Of a stretch of DNA of 64,000 bases, positions 28,938 through 38,272 are shown piece by piece; the first letter of the stretch is position 1; the number at the start of each line of letters is the position of its first letter. The notes under the pieces are model-generated. The model did no database searches. It was not told the origin of the DNA and saw only the letters and a list, made by a program, of their open reading frames with translations. The translations under genes and the position numbers were made by a program. The DNA comes from Bacilli bacterium (GTDB lineage Bacteria; Bacillota_I; Bacilli_A; RF39; UBA660). Location: positions 67,404 to 131,403 of the forward strand of contig JAFQES010000027.1 of the NCBI GenBank assembly GCA_017398945.1. Direction: 5' to 3'.

Positions 28938-29816
28938 ATGCGACGAATTTCTGGTTGGGAAAAAGATTTAGCTGGCGTAATAGCTAGAGGTAAAGATATA
29001 GCAATTGATTATCAAAAATATTCTAAGTGTTATCCTTTTACTAACGAAAAATTGAAAGACCTAACATCTTTTATTGATAAAGCTAATGTTAATAAGGCGC
29101 TTTGTGTTTTATCAAGTGGCGATCATGCTTTTAATCTAATTTATCATGGGATAAATAATATAGATACTTTTGATTGTAACCGAATTACCGAGTATTACGC
29201 TTTAGGATTTAAAAGGTATGCAATAGAATGCCTTAGCTATCAACAATTCTGCGATTTCTTTTTTAATGATTCTTCTGAAAACCAATCAATCGAAAAGTAT
29301 ATAATTAGTTGTCTTCCAGAAAAATATAAAAATTTCTGGCAAAGTTATTTTGAGTATCTATTAGAAAATTACAATCCTTTATTATCAAGTAGAAGAAGTG
29401 CAAATATTTTTCGGATATTATGTTATATTGAAGAAAGTATGACTGAAAATAATAACTATCTTTCGAGTGAAGAAGACTACAAAAAGTTACAAAGAAATCT
29501 TTTAAATGCTCAAATTAATTTTAAAGAACTTGATGTAAATGCCCTAAGTCATCAAAAAGAGAAATATGATTTAATAATGTTATCGAATATATTACAAGCT
29601 ATGAAAAAACCATTAATTGGAAAAACAATTGATATTGCTGAAAAAATATTTAAACAAAATTTAAAAGAAAATGGGGAAATAATTTATTTGTATGAATTTT
29701 TTGATAAAGAATTATTAGGAAAAAAAGAAATGGTGTTGGAAAGAACACCTGGTTCACAAAATATAAAATATATTTTAGATGGTAGTTATGCTACTAGTAA
29801 GAAAAAAATAATTTAA
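28938..29816 (+). CDS. Array paralog 4/18
   Basis: YPFTNEKL; LCVLSSGDHAFNL; IDTFDCNRITEYYALGFKRYAIECL; YDLIMLSNIL; NLKENGEIIY. Confidence 0.8.
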   Translation: MRRISGWEKDLAGVIARGKDIAIDYQKYSKCYPFTNEKLKDLTSFIDKANVNKALCVLSSGDHAFNLIYHGINNIDTFDCNRITEYYALGFKRYAIECLSYQQFCDFFFNDSSENQSIEKYIISCLPEKYKNFWQSYFEYLLENYNPLLSSRRSANIFRILCYIEESMTENNNYLSSEEDYKKLQRNLLNAQINFKELDVNALSHQKEKYDLIMLSNILQAMKKPLIGKTIDIAEKIFKQNLKENGEIIYLYEFFDKELLGKKEMVLERTPGSQNIKYILDGSYATSKKKII

Positions 29817-29824
29817 GTGGTGCA

Positions 29825-30703
29825 ATGATAGCTAATATTAATAATGAACAACGTCAAAAAGACTTAGAACAAATACCAAAATTTATAAATGATAGTGATT
29901 TTGAATATAAATTTCAAGAATATTCAGCTATTTACTATCTTACTAATGAAAAGTTATCAAATTTATATAATGAAATTAATTTTACAAAGTACAAGACAGC
30001 TTTAACTGTGTTATCAAGTGGCGATCAAGCTTTTAATTTAGTATTAGAAGGATTAGAAAAAATAGACACTTTTGATTGTAATCGCTTAGCAGAGTATTAT
30101 GCTTTAGGATTTAAAAAAACCGCCATTCAATGTTTAGATTATAAAGATTTTACCAATTTATTTTATCTTCGCCAGAAAAAGCTATATGACTTAGAAAGTG
30201 AAGTAATAAAACATATGCCAGAAGAATATAAACTTTTTTGGAAAGAGTATCGAGAAGAATATAGACAATATTATCCTTATCCTAGTGTATTGGGGTTGGC
30301 TAAAGAACATAATTTTCCTAATGGAAATAATATTTATTTTAGTAAAGAGAGTTATAAATATTTGCAAAAAAGATAAAATGAGGTATTAATTACGTTTACT
30401 TATGCAGAAGTTAAACAATTACCTGAGGTGTTTGGTCAATATGATTTTATATATTTATCTAATATTTTATCATATGATCACTGGGTATTTAATAGTGATG
30501 ATAGAGAATATTTAGCAGAGCAATATGCTAAGTTAGTATCAGATATATACACAAAAAATTTAAATCAAAATGGACTATTAATATATAATTATGGATTTAA
30601 TGGTTTACTAGATAAATATTGTAGTAAAGAAATTGTAGAAAGAAAAGTCACTTATGATTTAGGTAAGTTAAATAGAGCACACGGGTTAAGAAAAATCAAA
30701 TAG
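29825..30703 (+). pseudogene. Array paralog 5/18, interrupted by one in-frame TAA
   Basis: Track ORFs 29825..30376 and 30428..30703 are in the same frame. TAA at 30374-30376 replaces the conserved Leu of LQKR-L. The motifs are intact on both sides (LTVLSSGDQAFNL; YDFIYLSNIL). Confidence 0.75.
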
Positions 30704-30717
30704 AAAGGGAAATATCA

Positions 30718-31614
30718 ATGTTAAGTTTAGGAGAACAAAGAAAAATAGACATTCAAAAAATTTTAGAAATATATGGAAAAGCAGATATTTCTTTAACTGG
30801 TAACTTTTTTGATGAATACTCACGTTTCTATGATTTTACTAATGAAAAACTATTTGGTTTATTTGAATTGTTAAAATTACAGGAAAAAGAATTCGCTTTA
30901 ACAGTTTTATCGAGTGGAGATCATGTTTTTAATTTAATATTACAAGGAATTAATAAAATTATGACCTTTGATTGTAATCGCCTAACAGAATATTATGCTC
31001 TAGGTTTTAAAAAAACTGCTATTGAAATACTAAATTATGAACAGTTTATTGAATTATTTTGTCCGTATGGATATTCAGCGGTATCATCTAAATTAATTGA
31101 ATTAGAAAAAGAAGTTATCAAAAATATGCCACTTATTTATCGCAAATTTTGGGAGAACTTTTTAAATATGCGTAGAGAATATGAATATAATCCGAGTATT
31201 TTTCATTTGACTTATTCAACAAGTAATTTTGCAAAAGCCATCAGTAATAATAAATATCTTTTAAATGCAGAAATGTATAACGCTTTAAAAAGGAAAATAT
31301 CAACTGCTAAAATTGAATTTGTTGCTGCTAATATAACTGATGTCCCCCAATTATTCGGAAGATATGATTATATCGATTTTTCAAATGTATTATATTATTA
31401 TCAAAGGATATTTCCTGAAGAAAGTGCAATGAAAGCTATTAATTTTGTTAAATCGGTTTATGAAAACAACCTCAATGAAGGAGGGCTGTTTAAATATTAT
31501 TATGACTTTGATGGATTAAGACATTTACCAAAGGTTGGTGGACAGATAGAAAAAGAATATGTTTTAGGTTCAGATACAACTTCAATTTTAAAAAGAACAA
31601 TAAATATGAATTAA
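30718..31614 (+). CDS. Array paralog 6/18
   Basis: YDFTNEKL; LTVLSSGDHVFNL; IMTFDCNRLTEYYALGFKKTAIEIL; YDYIDFSNVL; NLNEGGLFKY. Confidence 0.8.
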   Translation: MLSLGEQRKIDIQKILEIYGKADISLTGNFFDEYSRFYDFTNEKLFGLFELLKLQEKEFALTVLSSGDHVFNLILQGINKIMTFDCNRLTEYYALGFKKTAIEILNYEQFIELFCPYGYSAVSSKLIELEKEVIKNMPLIYRKFWENFLNMRREYEYNPSIFHLTYSTSNFAKAISNNKYLLNAEMYNALKRKISTAKIEFVAANITDVPQLFGRYDYIDFSNVLYYYQRIFPEESAMKAINFVKSVYENNLNEGGLFKYYYDFDGLRHLPKVGGQIEKEYVLGSDTTSILKRTINMN

Positions 31615-31622
31615 AAAATAAC

Positions 31623-31651
31623 TTGTAGATTTTAATAACATGCTTTATTAT
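31623..31651 (+). promoter_or_regulatory. Candidate internal promoter upstream of copy 7
   Basis: TTGTAG-N17-TATTAT in the 109-nt spacer. SD agggggag precedes the ATG at 31724. Confidence 0.35.
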
Positions 31652-31723
31652 ATAATGCAACTAGTAATAACAAAGATTAATTTATTTGAAGACCTACAGT
31701 TTTATTTTAGGGGGAGTAAAGTT

Positions 31724-32647
31724 ATGGTAATATCACAACAGCGTAAATTTGACTTGGAAAATATGATTAAAATATATTTAGAAGGTTATCAAGATGGATA
31801 TTTTGGAGTTAATGATGATTTTATAGAATATGCTAGTTTCTATCATTTGACTAATGAGCCTGTTAATAAAATATTTAGTGAAATCGGTTTGAATGAGGTT
31901 CAAAAAGCTTTAAGCGTTCTAGCTAGCGGGGATCAAGTATTTCATATGATTAGTGGCGGGGTTCAAAATATTGATACCTTTGATATAAATCGCTTAACAG
32001 AATATTATGCCCTAGGATTTAAGAAAAGAGCAATAGAATGTTTAAATTATTATGAATTTATGAAGTTATTTGAGTATTATAAAGACTGGGATCTTGAACG
32101 ACATTTTGGCGAAAATAAAGACATAGAAAAGTATGTAATTGAAAATATGGAAGAAGAATACAAATGTTTTTGGAATGAATTCCTTTATGCCGTAAAAGAA
32201 AAAGGATTTGAAGCAAGTATATTTCATTTATCTTGTGAAGCTGATCTTATTGATAGGCAAAATACAAAAAACAATTTATATATGAAAGATGAAAGTGAGT
32301 ATATTAAACTACAAAGAAGACTGAAGGAAGTTAATATATCATATAAGTATTGCTCAATAATGGATGTTCCAACTACATTTGCTAAATATGATTTAATATA
32401 TCTTTCTAATATTATGGATTATTATCGTTCTTTTTATGGAAATAATAATAGACCAATGGATGATGCTAGAAATTTAATTAAAGCCATTTACACTCAAAAT
32501 TTAAATCCAAATGGCGAAATAATATTAACGGAAATGCAAAGAAAATTTTCCCCCAATGAATTTTTAAAAGAAATGATTAATCATCCGATCATTAATAATT
32601 GTCTATTTACAGCTTATGGAATAAAAAAGAAGCGAAAATTAAAGTAA
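31724..32647 (+). CDS. Array paralog 7/18
   Basis: MVISQQRKFDL; YHLTNEPV; LSVLASGDQVFHM; IDTFDINRLTEYYALGFKKRAIECL; YDLIYLSNIM. ATG at 31724 has a strong SD; the track's longer start has none. Confidence 0.8.
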   Translation: MVISQQRKFDLENMIKIYLEGYQDGYFGVNDDFIEYASFYHLTNEPVNKIFSEIGLNEVQKALSVLASGDQVFHMISGGVQNIDTFDINRLTEYYALGFKKRAIECLNYYEFMKLFEYYKDWDLERHFGENKDIEKYVIENMEEEYKCFWNEFLYAVKEKGFEASIFHLSCEADLIDRQNTKNNLYMKDESEYIKLQRRLKEVNISYKYCSIMDVPTTFAKYDLIYLSNIMDYYRSFYGNNNRPMDDARNLIKAIYTQNLNPNGEIILTEMQRKFSPNEFLKEMINHPIINNCLFTAYGIKKKRKLK

Positions 32648-32667
32648 ATAAATAGGGGGCAATACAA

Positions 32668-33561
32668 ATGGCAATATCAGAACAAAGAAAACAAGATTTA
32701 TATAAAACTATTGAGTTATATTTAAATATATATCAAGAAGGAAGACTTGAATTAAAAAGCGAATTTTCGAAATATGCCGGATATTATTATATAACTAATG
32801 AGCCTATATGCGAAATATTTAATATAAGAACAAAATATGAAAACAAAAAAATTCTAAGTGTATTAGCTGGCGGAGATCATATATTTGAAATGATATTTAA
32901 AGGAGCTAGTAATGTAGATACATTTGATATTAATGCTTTATTAGAATATTACACAATTGGATTTAAAAAAAGAGCAATAGAGTGTTTAGCTTATCAAGAA
33001 TTTCTTGATTTATTTGATTTTTCATATGATGGACTAGAAAATAAGTATTATAATATAAAAACTGAAATAGAAGACTATGTTGTTAAAAATATGGATGAAG
33101 AATATAATTGGTTTTGGCAAGAAATAAAACGCATTCTAAAAGATTACGGATATCAAGCAAGCGTATTTCACTTTGCTTTAAATATTAAACAAAAAGAATT
33201 TAATAAACCAAGTTTCTTGAAAAATGAAGATAACTATATAATTCTTCAAAATAAATTAAAATCTACAATTATAAATTTTCAACAAGCAAATATAATAGAC
33301 CTACCAATAAATTTTTCTAAATATGATTTAATATATTTATCAAATATCTTAGATTATAGGGAACAAGAATTTGCTAAAATACTATTAACTGATATATATA
33401 ATAATAACTTACATAGAAATGGCCAAATAATATTTACAGATTTATGTAGCTATTTTAATGAAGAAATATATGAATGTGTTCCAGGGGCAGAAAAAATAAA
33501 AAAATGCTTTGATAGCGCGGGGCTACTTAGTTATTCATTAAAGAAGAGGAAGATTAAATGA
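32668..33561 (+). CDS. Array paralog 8/18
   Basis: MAISEQRKQDL; LSVLAGGDHIFEM; VDTFDINALLEYYTIGFKKRAIECL; YDLIYLSNIL; NLHRNGQIIF. Confidence 0.8.
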   Translation: MAISEQRKQDLYKTIELYLNIYQEGRLELKSEFSKYAGYYYITNEPICEIFNIRTKYENKKILSVLAGGDHIFEMIFKGASNVDTFDINALLEYYTIGFKKRAIECLAYQEFLDLFDFSYDGLENKYYNIKTEIEDYVVKNMDEEYNWFWQEIKRILKDYGYQASVFHFALNIKQKEFNKPSFLKNEDNYIILQNKLKSTIINFQQANIIDLPINFSKYDLIYLSNILDYREQEFAKILLTDIYNNNLHRNGQIIFTDLCSYFNEEIYECVPGAEKIKKCFDSAGLLSYSLKKRKIK

Positions 33562-34493
33562 TTAGAACTGAACAACGTGAAATAGATTTAGAAAATGCAA
33601 TTAATTTGTACGTAAATAAATTTGAAAAAAGTAGTCCATCTAATTTTGATGAATATTCGCCTTATTATGTATTTACAAATGAACCATTACAACAACTGAT
33701 CGATTTAGTTGACCTATCTACATATAAAAAATGTTTATCAGTTTTAGCAGGAGGAGACATCGCATTTTCCTTAATTAATAAGGGTTTTAAGCAAGTGGAC
33801 ACGTTTGATATAAATAGACTAACAGAGTATTTTGCTCTAGGATTTAAAAAAAGAGCAATAGAACTTTTGTCATATGAGCAATTTTTAGAACTATTTAATT
33901 ACGACTTTCATGCCCTTTTTAATAACCAACTTGGCACAAACCAAGCATTAGAAAATTATGTAATATCCAACATGGATAAAGAATACAAAAATTTTTGGAT
34001 GGGATATAAATATGGATTAAAAGAAAAAGGATATAATCCCAGTGTATTTCATATGGGAGTAAATTATATTTTAAAAGATATTAAATACCGTAAACAATTA
34101 TCTTATCTAAACTGCGCAGAAGACTATAAAACATTTCAAAAAAAATTAATTAATTCAACAATAAATTTTAAACCATTAGATATAAAAGATATTCCACAAA
34201 AACTTAATAGTTATGATTTTATACATCTTTCTAATATTTTAGATTATTCCTATTTGCTCTATCCTGATAGTAGAAAAGCTGTTAATGAAGGAATTAAACT
34301 ATTAACTGAAATTTATAATAAAAATTTAACAAGTGAAGGCTTGATAATTATTACAGCCATATTACCACGTTTTATTAGTTCATTAGTATGGAATCGTAAT
34401 TATGCAGATCTACTAAAAAAATATCCAATAGAGAATTTTTACGAAATAGAAACTCATGGAATTAAGAAAAAAAGGAACATAGTTTTAAAGTAA
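33558..34493 (+). CDS. Array paralog 9/18
   Basis: ATGA overlap with copy 8. LSVLAGGDIAFSL; VDTFDINRLTEYFALGFKKRAIELL; YDFIHLSNIL. Confidence 0.8.
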   Translation: MIRTEQREIDLENAINLYVNKFEKSSPSNFDEYSPYYVFTNEPLQQLIDLVDLSTYKKCLSVLAGGDIAFSLINKGFKQVDTFDINRLTEYFALGFKKRAIELLSYEQFLELFNYDFHALFNNQLGTNQALENYVISNMDKEYKNFWMGYKYGLKEKGYNPSVFHMGVNYILKDIKYRKQLSYLNCAEDYKTFQKKLINSTINFKPLDIKDIPQKLNSYDFIHLSNILDYSYLLYPDSRKAVNEGIKLLTEIYNKNLTSEGLIIITAILPRFISSLVWNRNYADLLKKYPIENFYEIETHGIKKKRNIVLK

Positions 34494-34499
34494 AATGTC

Positions 34500-34528
34500 T
34501 TGTTATTTAATCAAAATCAATATATAAT
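34500..34528 (+). promoter_or_regulatory. Candidate internal promoter upstream of copy 10
   Basis: TTGTTA-N17-TATAAT. SD aaggggg before the ATG at 34557. Confidence 0.45.
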
Positions 34529-34556
34529 ATGAAATTAATCAAAAAGGGGGATTTAG

Positions 34557-35471
34557 ATGGTCATATCAACGCAAAGAGAAAATGACTTGCAAAACACTAT
34601 AGATTTATATTTAAGTATTTATAAAGATAAGAAAAAAGGTCGTTTAGATGATTTTGTTGAGTATGCTGGTTTTTATCATATTACAAATGAAAAAGCTAGT
34701 GAAATAATTGAAAAAACAACAGTTACCGATAATATGAAAGCTTTATGTGTTTTAGCTGGAGGAGATCAAGCTTTTAATTTTATTAATGCTGGTGTAAAAA
34801 ATATAGACACTTTTGATATAAACAGATTAACAGAGTATTATGCGCTAGGATTTAAAAAAAGAGCAGTAGAATGTTTAAGTTATGCTGAGTTTATTAAACT
34901 TTTTAGTTATAATCAGGGATTATATATTAGATCACATAATCATTTGCAACCAGAAATAGAAAAATATGTTATTGAAAATATGGAAGAAGAATATAAATGG
35001 TTTTGGCAAGAATTGTTCTATGCATTAATTCAAGAAGAATTCGATCCTAGTATCTTTCATTTATCAATCTTTACCGGTCCTAAAGATATAACTAAAAACA
35101 ATTATGCGAAAGACGAAGAAACATATAAAAACTTTCAAAAGTTATTAAGAGAAGCTAAGATAACATTCAATCAATCTTCCATAACTGAGCTTCCAGAAAA
35201 ATTTGGTATATATGATTTAGTTTATTTATCAAATATTCTGGATTATCCAAGAGATTTTTATGGTGACAAAGAAAACCCTTTATATTCTGCATTAGAGTTA
35301 TTAAATAGAATTTATGAACAGAATTTAAATGTTTCGGGCGAAATAATAATGACCTACTTAACTGGTTCATTTATCCCTTCACTTTATAAAAATCAGTACT
35401 ATAAAAATAATTTTGAAGAAATTATTCTTAATACCGAAAGAGAACATGCTTACAGATTATTAAAAAAATAA
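34557..35471 (+). CDS. Array paralog 10/18
   Basis: MVISTQRENDL; LCVLAGGDQAFNF; IDTFDINRLTEYYALGFKKRAVECL; YVIENMEEEYKWFWQEL; YDLVYLSNIL. Confidence 0.8.
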   Translation: MVISTQRENDLQNTIDLYLSIYKDKKKGRLDDFVEYAGFYHITNEKASEIIEKTTVTDNMKALCVLAGGDQAFNFINAGVKNIDTFDINRLTEYYALGFKKRAVECLSYAEFIKLFSYNQGLYIRSHNHLQPEIEKYVIENMEEEYKWFWQELFYALIQEEFDPSIFHLSIFTGPKDITKNNYAKDEETYKNFQKLLREAKITFNQSSITELPEKFGIYDLVYLSNILDYPRDFYGDKENPLYSALELLNRIYEQNLNVSGEIIMTYLTGSFIPSLYKNQYYKNNFEEIILNTEREHAYRLLKK

Positions 35472-35483
35472 TGGGGTGTTAGA

Positions 35484-36407
35484 ATGATAACAGAACAACG
35501 TAAAAAAATCATAATCAATGATTTAAATGAAGCAATAAAATTGTTTCAAAGAATAAAAAATGATGACGGGCCTGGAAGTGCCGAATATTGTGATTATCAT
35601 CCGTTTTATGAAAATACAAATGAACATTTAGCTCATTTACTAAGACCTATTACAATTCCTTCAGATAGTAAGATATTAACTGTATTAGCAAGTGGAGATC
35701 AACCTTTTAATTTTATTAACAATGGAGCTACTTATGTTGATACATTTGATATAAATAAACTAACAGAGTATTATGCTTTAGGATTTAAAAGGACAGCGTT
35801 ACTTTCGTTATCTTATGAACAATATTTAAGTTTATTTTTTTCCAATGATAACGAGGAAGCAGAGCAACTAGAAAATTATGTAATTGAAAGTATGCCAGAG
35901 GACTACAAATGTTTTTGGAAAGAATATAAATATGTTATAAAAAACTTAGGGTATAAAGCAAGTGCTTTTGATTTGTCGATAGATGATATAAGAGATGATT
36001 ATTATATTAAAAATAATTATTTATTAAATGAAAAAGTTTACAAAGAATTTCAACAAAAACTACTCAATGCTAAAATAAATTTTACTCATGCTAATGTAAC
36101 AGATCTATCAACAAAATTTTCTCAATATAATTTAGTATATTTATCTAATGTTATGGACTATTATAAAACGGTATTATATACTGACGTATCACCACAAGAA
36201 GCGTTATTAAAAGCAGTTGAGTTAACAAAAGAAATATATGCCAAAAATGTATTAAATCCCGGAGAATTAATGTTTAGTTTCTTTGGTACAGGGTATGCCA
36301 ACGAAGTTTTTATTGACCCAACTGTTGAAGGTGAAAAACGAATGTACTATGCGCCATATACTTACCCAAGTCATAGAGGGTTGAAAAAGGGGAAGGGCTT
36401 ATGGTAA
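35484..36407 (+). CDS. Array paralog 11/18
   Basis: LTVLASGDQPFNF; VDTFDINKLTEYYALGFKRTALLSL; YNLVYLSNVM. Confidence 0.8.
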   Translation: MITEQRKKIIINDLNEAIKLFQRIKNDDGPGSAEYCDYHPFYENTNEHLAHLLRPITIPSDSKILTVLASGDQPFNFINNGATYVDTFDINKLTEYYALGFKRTALLSLSYEQYLSLFFSNDNEEAEQLENYVIESMPEDYKCFWKEYKYVIKNLGYKASAFDLSIDDIRDDYYIKNNYLLNEKVYKEFQQKLLNAKINFTHANVTDLSTKFSQYNLVYLSNVMDYYKTVLYTDVSPQEALLKAVELTKEIYAKNVLNPGELMFSFFGTGYANEVFIDPTVEGEKRMYYAPYTYPSHRGLKKGKGLW

Positions 36408-37318
36408 AAACAATATCTGAACAAAGAAGAAAAGATTTAGACGAGGCTATAGAGCTTTATTTATCTGCTTATCAAAAGAAAGATTTTGTAAACGATGATT
36501 TTGTTGAATATGCCGGTTATTATCGAATTACTAATGAACCATTTAGTAAATTTTTAGCCAAAGCCAATTTTTCTGATACAACAAAAACGCTCAGTGTCTT
36601 ATCTAGTGGAGATCAAGTGTTTGAAATGGTACGAAAAGGAATTAAAAAAATAGATACCTTTGATATAAATAGAATGACTGAGTACTTTGCATTAGGTTTT
36701 AAAAAACGTGCTATAGAATGCTTGACATATGAACAATTTTTAAGCCTTAACAAATACGATAGGATCGTTACTAAGCATAATAATGAAAATCTTGAAATAG
36801 AAAAATATGTAATTGAAAATATGGAAGAAGAATATAAGTGGTTTTGGCAAGAATTAATAGCTAGCTTAAAAGGTGAAGGTTTTAATGTTAGTGTATTTCA
36901 TTTTGTTATAGATTATCTCTATTTAACAAAATTCCATTATAGTAGAAATCCTTATATGGCAGATAAAGAAAAATATAAAGAATTACAACAAAAATTGTTA
37001 AAGGCCAAGATAACTTTTCAGCAAGCTGATATAAAAGAACTTCCTAAAAAATTTCAACAATATGACTTGATATATTTATCTAATATCTTAGAATATCATG
37101 AAGATATTTTTGAAAAATCTGGTTTCCCACCTGAAGAAGCAATTAAGTTATTAAAAAAAATTTATAATAAAATGTTAAATAATTACGGTGAAATCATTTT
37201 AACTGATTTAATGAATTGGTTTTATCCAGAATTTTGCGGAGAAAAGTTATTTAAAGAAAATCATGAGTTAATAATCGATGGATCAGATAGAGGATATATA
37301 TTAAAAAAGAAAAAATAA
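36401..37318 (+). CDS. Array paralog 12/18
   Basis: 7-nt overlap with copy 11. LSVLSSGDQVFEM; IDTFDINRMTEYFALGFKKRAIECL; YVIENMEEEYKWFWQEL; YDLIYLSNIL. Confidence 0.8.
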   Translation: MVKTISEQRRKDLDEAIELYLSAYQKKDFVNDDFVEYAGYYRITNEPFSKFLAKANFSDTTKTLSVLSSGDQVFEMVRKGIKKIDTFDINRMTEYFALGFKKRAIECLTYEQFLSLNKYDRIVTKHNNENLEIEKYVIENMEEEYKWFWQELIASLKGEGFNVSVFHFVIDYLYLTKFHYSRNPYMADKEKYKELQQKLLKAKITFQQADIKELPKKFQQYDLIYLSNILEYHEDIFEKSGFPPEEAIKLLKKIYNKMLNNYGEIILTDLMNWFYPEFCGEKLFKENHELIIDGSDRGYILKKKK

Positions 37319-37330
37319 CTAGGAGGAATT

Positions 37331-38199
37331 ATGAATAAACAGCAAAAAAAGATATTGAAATGACTAAAGACTTCTATCGTAAATTAATTCTTAATTGTAA
37401 TATAGGAAATAGCTTTGAAACATATTCTAAAGTTTATTCCTTCACTAATGAAAATCTTGCTGATCTTTATCCTTTGATACATTTTGAAAAATATAATAGC
37501 GCTCTTACAGTTTTATCAAGTGGAGACCATGCCTTTAATCTAATTTATATGGGAATTGATAAAGTAGATACATTTGATACAAATCGCTTAACTGAATACT
37601 ATGCATTAGGTTTAAAAAAGACAGCTATCCAATGCTTAAATTATAATGAATTTATGAAATTATTTTCTGGAAAAATAGAACGAAAACAAATTGACCTGCT
37701 TAATTATGTGATTCAAAATATGGAACCAGAATATCGTAATTATTTTGAAACATTAATTGCATACTTTAAAAAATATTCTTTTGACTATGTAATTCATTTA
37801 TTTAGGAGCGATACTGATATAAGTCAAAAAGATATAAAAAACATCTATCTTCGTTCCGGTGTTAATTATCACAAAAAGCAAAAAAGATTAGCTAATACTA
37901 CTATTAGTTTTAAACATTGTGATGTGTTAAATATCCCAAAAGAATTTGGAAAGTATGATTTAGTAGAGCTATCTAATATTTTAGGAGTAAGTGTGAACAG
38001 AAACTGGCTACAGAAAAAAAGAGTTTATGATTTGCTTCGTCAAATTTATGATAATAACTTAAAACATGGAGAACTTCTGTTTGATTATTCTTGGGGAAAT
38101 GATTTTAGGACAGTAGGGGAATGTAGTGATATTTTTGATAATGTTAGTTATGCAAACAAAAAAGAATATGCTCACATGAACGATCTTATACGAAGTTAA
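37331..38199 (+). CDS. Array paralog 13/18, 5' end out of frame across an A7 tract
   Basis: SD aggagg serves the ATG at 37331, which stops after 10 codons. The body (ATG at 37360, no SD) is in the -1 frame. A7 at 37344-37350; an A8 would give MNKQQKKDIEMTKDF... The body motifs are intact (LTVLSSGDHAFNL; VDTFDTNRLTEYYALGLKKTAIQCL; YDLVELSNIL). Confidence 0.7.
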
Positions 38200-38226
38200 A
38201 AAAAACAACAATAGGTTGTTTTTTTT
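38198..38226 (+). terminator. Terminator after copy 13 (cassette copy 3)
   Basis: Stem acaac/gttgt extended by A-run/T-run pairing, loop aatag, T8 run. Confidence 0.55.
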
Positions 38227-38244
38227 GCTCTTTTATTATAAAAT
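38216..38244 (+). promoter_or_regulatory. Candidate promoter for copies 14-18 (cassette copy 3)
   Basis: TTGTTT-N17-TAAAAT. The -35 lies in the terminator 3' arm. SD aagggg before the ATG at 38273. Confidence 0.35.
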
Positions 38245-38272
38245 ACAAACTTAACTGGTAAGGGGCATTTTT

